DNA of 64,000 nucleotides from Syncephalis fuscata S228 (lineage: Eukaryota > Fungi > Zoopagomycota): contig JAHLTZ010000036.1 in the NCBI GenBank assembly GCA_025786725.1, positions 62,001 through 126,000 on the forward strand, read 5' to 3'. Below the pieces are notes generated by a model. It made no database searches. It had not been told where the DNA came from and worked only from the letters and a program-made list of their open reading frames with translations. Shown here in pieces: positions 55,599 through 64,000 of this stretch. The position numbers were made by a program, and so were the translations under genes. How positions within the stretch are numbered: the stretch's first letter is position 1; each line of letters begins with the position of its first letter.

Positions 55599-55963
55599 AT
55601 GTCGTCATCGTCCCTGATAGCGTCTGCATCAATATCAAAGTGTTTACTAGTCGATATTGAAGGTAAAACTACACCAATAAGCTATTTTGTTTATTCACGT
55701 ACAACTAGCTTATTTTTGGACGCAAGTAAATGTTCAAGATAGTGTAGCATTTATTTGTCAACAAATAGTATCTATGTAAGCTATAGTATTAGTTTAAGCT
55801 GGCAGATTAATAAAACAATAGAGGATTGTAATAATAAATTTGCTGAATTCCCTATTATTTCTGGTTTTAACACCGCGATTGATATTAGAAAGACTTTCAA
55901 AACTAATATGCTATGGCAGATGAATAACGATTAAAAGACTGATGAATTAAGACGATTGCAAAA
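55599..55963 (+). pseudogene. Degenerate enolase-phosphatase E1 (Utr4/ENOPH1-like) fragment
   Basis: LLVDIEGKTTPISYFV resembles the HAD motif LLDIEGTTTPISFV; later NMLWQMNND*KTDELRRLQ resembles WQMxxDRKxxxLKxLQ with an in-frame stop; the rest of the gene is not found. Confidence 0.6.
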
Positions 55964-56355
55964 TAGGTATAGCAATTAGTCGAACATCGCTGTATTTTAT
56001 AATACCAATAATTAAATTTACTATATTATTAGTACTGACAATGCATTACTAATATTTATATGCAGATAAAATATAGTCACACATATACATATTAATAAAT
56101 ATACTCGATGAAACTATATTTATTACTACAAGTTTGCATAGCTGAGTATGTGCAGACAAATACAGACTTGTTGATATTATAATGCGTCCATTGATTAAAG
56201 GTTGAATAAACTGGGGCATTGGATGGGGCTTGGTAGATGAATGGACCGAATGGCGTATTTGTCAAATGATCTTGATTCTTGCCGAATGCATATCTAAAAT
56301 ATATCTAGCTTGCAGGCTAATTATACTAACAATGCCGCTGTCTTGACTGCACCGG

Positions 56356-58833
56356 TTAGTCTATAATCATACATAAATATATAAAATATTATGTGTTAAC
56401 ATATAAATTAGCATTATATAATGCCACTTACTACCTATCAATAAAAGTCATCAAACACAAAGTGCATGGTATATATTTAGCGCATAGTAAGTTAATATAC
56501 AATATTACTTACCAGCTATTAATACAAGTCATCAAACACACAAAGTGCATGATATGTATTTAGTGCATGGTCAATCAATATACAATGTCACTTACCAGCT
56601 ATTAATATAAGTTATCAAACACACAAAGTGCACGGTACATATTTAGCGCATATTCAGTTAATATACAGTACTACTTACGAGCTGTTAATACAAGTTATCA
56701 AAAACGCAAAGTGCACAGTATATATTTAGCGCATAGTAAGTTAATATACAGTACTACTTACGAGCTGTTAATACAAGTTATCAAAAACGCAAAGTGCACG
56801 GTATATATTTAGCGCATAGTAAGCTAATATACAGTACTACTTACGAGCTGTTAATACAAGTTATCAAAAACGCAAAGTGCACGGTACGTATTTAGCGCAT
56901 ATTCAGTTAATATACAGTACTACTTACTGGCTGTTAATACAAGTAATCAAGCACGTAAAGTGCACGGTACGTATTTAGCGCATATTCAGTTAATATACAG
57001 TACTACTTACAAACTATTAATACAAGTAATCAAGCACGTAAAGTGCACGGTACGTATTTAGCGCATATTCAGTTAATATACAGTACTACTTACTGGCTGT
57101 TAATACAAGTTATCAAAAACGCAAAGTGCACGGTACGTATTTAGCGCATATTCAGTTAATATACAGTACTACTTACTGGCTGTTAATACAAGTTATCAAA
57201 AACGCAAAGTGCACGGTACGTATTTAGCGCATATTCAGTTAATATACAGTACTACTTACGAACTATTAATACAAGTAATCAAGCACGTAAAGTGTATGAT
57301 GTGTATTTAGCGCATATTCAGTTAATATACAGTACTACTTACTGGCTGTTAATACAAGTTATCAAAAACGCAAAGTGCACGGTACGTATTTAGCGCATAT
57401 TCAGTTAATATACAGTACTACTTACGAACTATTAATACAAGTAATCAAGCACGTAAAGTGCATGATATGTATTTAGCGCATAGTCAGTTAATATACAGTA
57501 CTACTTACGAGCTATTAATACAAGTCAGCAAACACACAAAGTGCATGGTATGTATTTAGCGCATAGTAAGTTAATATATAGTGCCACTTACTGGCTGTTA
57601 ATACAAGTAATCAAGCACGCAAAGTGCATGGTATGTATTTAGCGCATAGTCAGTTAATATAGAATACTAGGGGGACGTTGCTAGCCCAGTTGGTAAGGCT
57701 CCGGGTTCAAACCTCAGTTTGAACCAATCCTTAAGTGGAAAATCCCCCCCCCAGTTTTCTCTAGTTAACAAATTGCAAACCAGAACCCAATAAGTAGGTC
57801 CGGAAACAAGACCTTGGCCAGAATAGTCGAGGAAAACTCAATTGGGACCAACTTCAAGAGAATAGTGCTGTGTAGCACCATTTAAAAGAAGATGGCCCCC
57901 GTGTAAAATCTATATGGACCAGATTTTGCGCAAAAACGTGGCAGTCCACCCGTTAAAAGTTTGGAAAAGTCCAAATATAGTGGGAAGCAGCGCAAATTCT
58001 TCAATTATGCGCAGCGGGGGCTCACAAGCTCTTCAAAATAAAATAAAATAATATAGAATACTACTTACGAGCTGTTAATACAGGTTATCAAACAAGCAAA
58101 GTGCATGGTATGTATTTAGCGCATAGTCAGCTAATATATAGTACTACTTACTGGCTGTTAATACAAGTCATCAAACACACAAAGTGCACAGTATATATTT
58201 AGCGCATAGTAAACTAATATACAGTACTACTTACGAACTATTGATACAAGTTATCAAACACACAAAGTGCACATTATATATTTAGCGCATAGTCAATCAA
58301 TATAAAATGCCACTTACGACCTATTAATACAAGTCATTAAATACGCAAAGTGCATGTTATATATTTAGCGTATAGTCAATTAGTATAAAATGCCACTTAC
58401 TAGCTGTTAATACAAGTTATTGAACATGCAGAATGCATGGTATATATTTAGCGCATGATCAGTTAATATACAATGTTACTTACTTTCTATTAGTATAGAT
58501 ACAGAATATCAGTATCAGCAATATATTTTATATTATTTTACATTAAAAACAACGATCAGTTATTATGCCAATAGCTATGTGCAATCAACACTTACCTTAT
58601 ATTGGCCATGTCCATTATTTGGATGACATACGGTAAGTGCTGGAACAATGAGTCGATAATCACAACTTACCGGCTAATACCATCGTTGGTTGAACATAGT
58701 GTTAGTAAACATATCAAATCTATTACAACTACAACATACCACGACGGACTTGGTTTGGATTAGCATCCACCATAGTTGTACTGGCTACAAAGGCCACGGC
58801 GAGGGTGCAGACGACGGCAATAGAAAGCTTCAT
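56356..58833 (-). CDS. Micro-exon gene encoding a predicted 54-aa secreted Pro/Thr-rich prepro-peptide
   Basis: Exon 1 (58833-58740) encodes a signal peptide plus NPNQVRR and ends in phase 1 at GTATGT. Then 22 three-nt exons, each flanked by YAG and GTAAGT. The last exon starts ACTAA at 56360. Spliced: MKLSIAVVCTLAVAFVASTTMVDANPNQVRRAETSLPTPTLPIPTISTPPPAGN*. Confidence 0.8.
56425..58490. repeat. 83-bp tandem array (~20 units; each unit is an 80-nt intron plus a 3-nt exon on the minus strand)
   Basis: CTTAC-NNN-CTRTT recurs every 83 bp; one unit is 81 bp and one is 477 bp because of an insertion. Confidence 0.97.
57670..58048 (+). mobile_element. tRNA-derived SINE-like retroposon, 379 bp
   Basis: 15-bp TSD TAATATAGAATACTA at 57655-57669 and 58049-58063; 5' GGGGG; A-box TAGCCCAGTTGG (57682-57693); B-box GGTTCAAACC (57704-57713); (AAAAT)n tail. 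Confidence 0.85.
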
Positions 58834-60809
58834 GGTGAGATTGATTTGTTAAGACAAATAAGTAGAATGAACGATAGAGTGTAGTGGTATAAAGTAGGTA
58901 GTAGTAGGTATTTGGCAGAAAGTAGAATATGATGCTGATACTGCTAGTTAGTTGTGTGTATTTTGTAGGCTATTTAAGTCTATGCTTATGCTGCGATATC
59001 AATATGCTATGTTGTATAAACCATGCCATTGATGTGCGATGTAAACCAATAACAATACATCCACGTGATAGTTTAAGGAATACGTATACCAACACATCGA
59101 CAATGTGATAGCATGCTGCCCCGCCTTTACTTCAATTTGTTCAGCAATTACACAATGATGTGGCAATACAAATGATTCAGCACACATGCGGTAGAAATAC
59201 ACCAATTGATGTGTACGGTTTTGTTACACAATTGAACTATGTGGTGTAAACTGAATCTACTGGTTTTAAAAAACAGTGACAGTGCATCGTTGTGCCTTTA
59301 CCATCACTTTCACTGACAATTTTAATTACCAATATTTGCATGCATTTCAGACAGTGCTTATGGATGCAACAGTAACATTAATACACCAACTATATACTTC
59401 TTTACATATAGCTATTGTTGTGCATAAACTAGCTGTAGCTTTTCGTGTCATGGGAATATACCGTTTGTTCGTATATGCATTCAATTCTACACTGGGCTTA
59501 ATTACAAAAATAAGCATTCTTTTTTCAACATGATGCTACTAAATACCGATAAAGATCCCGCGGATATTCGTGAATTGTTTTTATTATCGATTTATGTTAA
59601 TTATATACATATTTCATAATAAGATATTGTATTTAGTCACTAAAAGTGTCAATTGTTTGCTTTTAAGGTGGCGTGAACTGTCTAAATGATATGTAGTTAT
59701 ATGTGCAAATATTGGGATTATGCCTATAAATCTACTCCGTTTACATATACTCAATCTTGATTGTGCAACAGCAGTGCATGCTACAGCAGGCAGAGGCATT
59801 AATGTCATGCAAATGATTTGCGCAACAATAGCTTGATTAGAATAACAGATTTACAATTTGAAATTTGTACTAAATGTTACGCATTTTGGATCATGTTTCT
59901 GCACTCTGTAATTCAAAGCCAATGACGTATTGCGTAAATTATGTCCAATTCAGCGACATTATTCACTGATCATAATGTTTGTCGTTTGTTTTTTTCATAC
60001 CTTCACACATTAGCTATTATTTCCTAAATAGCATGGAAATAAGCAATATTCAAATGCAGCTTAGCTATTTATTTACTATTATATTGTATATCGTCATACG
60101 TAATAGCTGTAGCCATTGAGTGGTATCGATAACTAATGGCTAGTCATTAAACCTACTGCTTATTATTGACACTAAATTATGTTTATTGCTTTTTTTCTAC
60201 GCCTGGATGCATACTTGCTTATTTAATAATAAAATCTACTCATGCATATTACATTGTCATGAGTTGGATTAATAATCTGATTGTTTACTGGTTCTTAAAA
60301 GACATATGATATTTCTATCTTCATATATACAGGCAAAATAAGCTATATTAAATCATATCTGTTAATCATATAACATATTGTGTGCCATTTAGTACTATAT
60401 ACGTATGTTTTTATGAACAGTTTATTAACTATTTAGTATGATGCGGTAGTTAAATAACTATCTTTGCTCAGTTGAAGCAAATATTTGTTCTATTGCTCAT
60501 GGAACTGAGTGGTAAATGACAGCAATCATCTACTAATTTATATAGCATGGAACAGTTATAATGAATCCCCAATTAAATAGGTTAATTCAAGTCTTTTTCT
60601 AACAGGAATCCGGATTTGTTGAGTCATTAATTAATGCGTCGTCATCACTAACAAGCAGTAACCTATTACTCATCTTTTGATCGTTTACCAGCTGGCCATC
60701 ACCACGCAGCTGATATTTGTTTACTCATCGGTTCTACCATCTATTAGCACTACCTCTATTGATCTATCGATACTAGCGCCAGTAGTGTTATACTTGATCG
60801 TCTATTATC

Positions 60810-61263
60810 ATGTCGGCACAGCAAAACAGTCAAGCAGCGCCAATACAGTCGGCTCAGGATAGCGCTGATCTAGCAGAGAAAACGACACTACCCCAATTGG
60901 GCGCGCTTGAAGAAGACGATGAGTTTGAGGAATTCGAAGCAGAAGGTAAATACAATAGATGCTATGGATTGTCTGGCAGGCAGTTATTTATTTAATGTAT
61001 ATATAATAGATTGGAATCAGAATGAAGAAGATGCAGAAGATCAACAACTATGGGAGGACAATTGGGATGACGACGATGTAGAGGACGAATTTGCTGTTCA
61101 ACTTCGGTAAGTTTTATGGTAAAATATAGTTAATATAGCGTCAGTTTATTGAGCATAGAATACGCACTAGGTATATATAATATAACTAACTATTTTTATG
61201 AATTGCTTTATACATAGAAATGAACTCGTCAAAGTGTCACAACCACAGCCTATGGCCGAATGA
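60810..61263 (+). CDS. SEM1: Sem1/DSS1 proteasome/TREX-2 subunit
   Basis: LEEDDEFEEF.E|DW...LWEDNWDDDDVEDEFAVQLR|NEL; two introns. Confidence 0.95.
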
Positions 61264-61425
61264 AGCATTAAGACTAGTTCTATAGAATGTTATTAGTAAT
61301 AGTAAAAGAATGGAACATTTATTATAATTGAAATTGTTTTAATGGTATATAGTGTTATATGGTATACAGTGTTATATATAAAGAAACAAAGATAAAATCG
61401 CTTTTTACTGATAAATAGTATGGCA

Positions 61426-63171
61426 TTAAATGGATACTTGAATAATATTGGAGGCAGCCTTTCGTAACCGATTCATTACGGCAATGCCTTGTCCATAATC
61501 AAGTACACCTTCAACTAGAATCCATTTTAGATGCGGTACAGCATCTAGAGTACGTAGACCATCGAATAAACGATGTGCCACTTGATCAGGTCTAGTCCAT
61601 GCACCTAGATTATAGCGACAAATAAATGGACTATCAATCGTATTGGCATTACTGTTATTGACACTGCCTTCATCTTCAACACAAAGTAATCCAACCATGG
61701 CATTTGAACCATTGGATTCGTATAATTCTTTAGCTTTATCCAATACACACTGTCGTAGTTGTTGTCGACCAATTATCATTGCTTCTTTATCAGCTCGATT
61801 GGTTGCACTGTTGTAGGTTGTTTTAAGCTCAAATAAAATGACAGGAGCGGTAGGCGAGTAATGTCGATATTTCATACCTGGCGTGGTAGGTGCAGCTTCT
61901 AATTGAGCATCAGAAAAGTCTCGTTGATATACCTGCAGCTTATTAAATGCTGATCCACCCCATTGACGTATTTCCTCATCGGTAATACCACCTGGTCGAA
62001 GTATGGCCGGAGGAGTACGTGTACAATCAAGTACAGTCGATTCAACACCCACTTCACACGAACCAGCATCGAGAATAAGCGGAATACGACCATGTAAATC
62101 ATCAAATACATGACTAGCCCGTGTTGGTGAAGGTCGGCCTGATGTATTGGCCGACGGTGCAGCCAGCGGTAGATTGGCATGGGCAATCATCGCTCTAGCC
62201 ATAGGATGAGCGGGAAAACGAATACCCACTGTTGAACGACCGCAAGTAACCGATAATGGTAGATTAGGATGTCGTGGTAACAGCAATGTTAAAGGACCGG
62301 GCCAGCCTTGTCGTATAATCCGACGAACAGAGACTGGCAATTCTAACCGATTAAATATTTCTTCAATCTGTCGATCATTTAATGTATCGATTGATTCGAG
62401 GGGTTTTGTTGAATCTACTGCTATAGTTGTATCAATAGGATCTGACTCCTTGTTAGAATAAAGAGTAGACCATGGTGCTACTACGCGCTCAAGCATTTCT
62501 ATTGACGAGATATGTACAATAAGTGGATTATCACTAGGACGACCTTTAGCATCAAATATACGTTTTACAGCGGTAGCATCAAGTGCATTTGCCGCCAATC
62601 CATATACCGTCTCTGTAGGCATACCAACCGGTAGACCGAAATGTAATGCTTCAGAAGATGCAATTAGCGCTTGTTGTGTAGCTGTATCCGTACATGAAAA
62701 GGTATCATTGGCCGGTAGATTATATTCAAACGATATTTTATCAGGTGCCGTTGATAGCACACGTGTATTTAATGTAGCATCAACTGCCATTTGAATAGCA
62801 GGCGGTAATGAAGATGACATTACACTGGATTTTACTGGTTCACAACTAACCATTACGTTACTATAAAAGCGGTAATTGTGCTTAAATAGAGGCGGTAATA
62901 ATAATGGCTGTAATGAACGATAAATACAACTACTACCTAGTCTATTAAATGTACTACGGCGATAATAGTGACTTAAATAGGTATTTTGTATAGTAGCAAG
63001 TGTCGTGCCACTACTTGTTGTTCTTATCTGCACGGCTATGGGCAAAGTAGCTAGACGGACAATAGTAGTCTGTAAAAGGAGAGATGTCTTTCTAGTCCCT
63101 ATATAATATTGACTAGAAGCAGTACTATTTGGAGCGTATAATGAACGACAACGAATAGAACACCGCAGCAT
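61426..63171 (-). CDS. SUA5: Threonylcarbamoyl-AMP synthase Sua5 with an N-terminal mitochondrial-presequence-like extension
   Basis: PTETVYGLAANA, KGRPSDNPLIVH, WPGPLTL, APSANTSGRPSPT, GVESTV, PGMKYRHYSP and MNRLRKAA. Confidence 0.96.
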   Translation of the reverse strand: MLRCSIRCRSLYAPNSTASSQYYIGTRKTSLLLQTTIVRLATLPIAVQIRTTSSGTTLATIQNTYLSHYYRRSTFNRLGSSCIYRSLQPLLLPPLFKHNYRFYSNVMVSCEPVKSSVMSSSLPPAIQMAVDATLNTRVLSTAPDKISFEYNLPANDTFSCTDTATQQALIASSEALHFGLPVGMPTETVYGLAANALDATAVKRIFDAKGRPSDNPLIVHISSIEMLERVVAPWSTLYSNKESDPIDTTIAVDSTKPLESIDTLNDRQIEEIFNRLELPVSVRRIIRQGWPGPLTLLLPRHPNLPLSVTCGRSTVGIRFPAHPMARAMIAHANLPLAAPSANTSGRPSPTRASHVFDDLHGRIPLILDAGSCEVGVESTVLDCTRTPPAILRPGGITDEEIRQWGGSAFNKLQVYQRDFSDAQLEAAPTTPGMKYRHYSPTAPVILFELKTTYNSATNRADKEAMIIGRQQLRQCVLDKAKELYESNGSNAMVGLLCVEDEGSVNNSNANTIDSPFICRYNLGAWTRPDQVAHRLFDGLRTLDAVPHLKWILVEGVLDYGQGIAVMNRLRKAASNIIQVSI

Positions 63172-64000
63172 TCAGTAATACTAATCCTGTAATAATAGTA
63201 TTAATATTATTAAAGGTGTCTACTATTTGGTTTTAAACAAAAAAAAAGAAAAGAAAACCGATGAAACTTCAAATTTTCATTATTCTTTCTTTAATGCAGT
63301 CATTTTAACCAATGGCTTTGTTATTAATGTAGCTTTATATTATTTAATGTTTGTTGAAATGTATTCACTATTAACAGTGTAGGTACTCCTTTTTATTTCC
63401 ACTGATTCCTTTTATTCTATTTATGTGTGTAAATATGCTCACCTTCACCCATTATATCCTACAACATGTATGCCAGACTGAGTGGCGGTGTTTTATTGAC
63501 GCAGGGGGAGTCACATCAGTATAGTATATAGATCTATAGATCTTATTCTCTGTCTATCTGCTTATCTCTCACGCCCACCACATCATCACTCTCCACTTAG
63601 TGTGATGATCCAATCAAAGGGATGGTTTCACACGCGTCTCATACTCATGTCCGCTTCTCTTTAAAAGCAGCGAACAAGTAAGCATGAAGCTTTAGTTCTT
63701 TAAACCGCTACCACTTTCTTGTATCCCAGCACGAGTATATTTTGTTGGTATTGCAACAGCTGCAGTCATTGTGTTATCTTTGCGTTAACTGCTATCTTTT
63801 CTGTTATCTCTTTCTCTCTTTCTCTCTTTCTCGCTTTCACCAACTATCTATTGTGTTGACGTCGGTGGTTATTGTTGTTGGTCTCGACTGTTTTTATTAT
63901 AATCGTTAGATCGTTTAACTTTGTTGTTTTGACCAGTTTATTCAACTGCTCTATCGTCTCTTATTTGTGATTTGTAGATTGTGTCTTTAACGATCGATTA

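Noticed and set aside
57670-57730. Functional tRNA gene
   Set aside because: No anticodon arm or acceptor-stem closure, and it is part of a TSD-flanked insertion.
56425-58490. The array as a CRISPR array or plain satellite
   Set aside because: Eukaryotic context, no unique spacers and no cas genes. Invariant splice signals around a variable triplet plus an upstream signal-peptide exon explain it better.

Overview
Intron-rich, AT-rich eukaryotic DNA from a fungus, probably an early-diverging lineage (Zoopagomycota/Mucoromycota-like; inferred from short GT-AG introns, a fungal LRR-PP2C adenylate cyclase, Kch1-family genes and a fungal CSL factor). Housekeeping genes: CYR1, an Rkm3/SETD6-like methyltransferase, TIM17, a SCOC/Slo1-like protein, a Tgl1/Yeh-like lipase, a CSL transcription factor, RED/IK, a cytochrome P450, SOH1/MED31, UPF0047/YjbQ, SEM1 and SUA5. 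There are also four Kch1/Prm6-family paralogues and two low-complexity secreted proteins. Main finding: the apparent 83-bp tandem repeat at 56.4-58.5 kb reads on the minus strand as a chain of near-identical ~80-nt spliceosomal introns separated by 3-nt exons, behind a signal-peptide exon. Joining the 22 three-base exons gives a stop-free 54-aa secreted prepro-peptide (MKLSIAVVCTLAVAFVASTTMVDA-NPNQVRR-AETSLPTPTLPIPTISTPPPAGN), a micro-exon gene that the ORF track misses. One of its introns carries a tRNA-headed SINE-like insertion with a 15-bp target-site duplication. Also present: a decayed Fanzor/TnpB remnant, a long-TIR MITE-like repeat family and a UTR4-like pseudogene fragment. Many genes show -1 frameshifts in homopolymers, most likely assembly errors.
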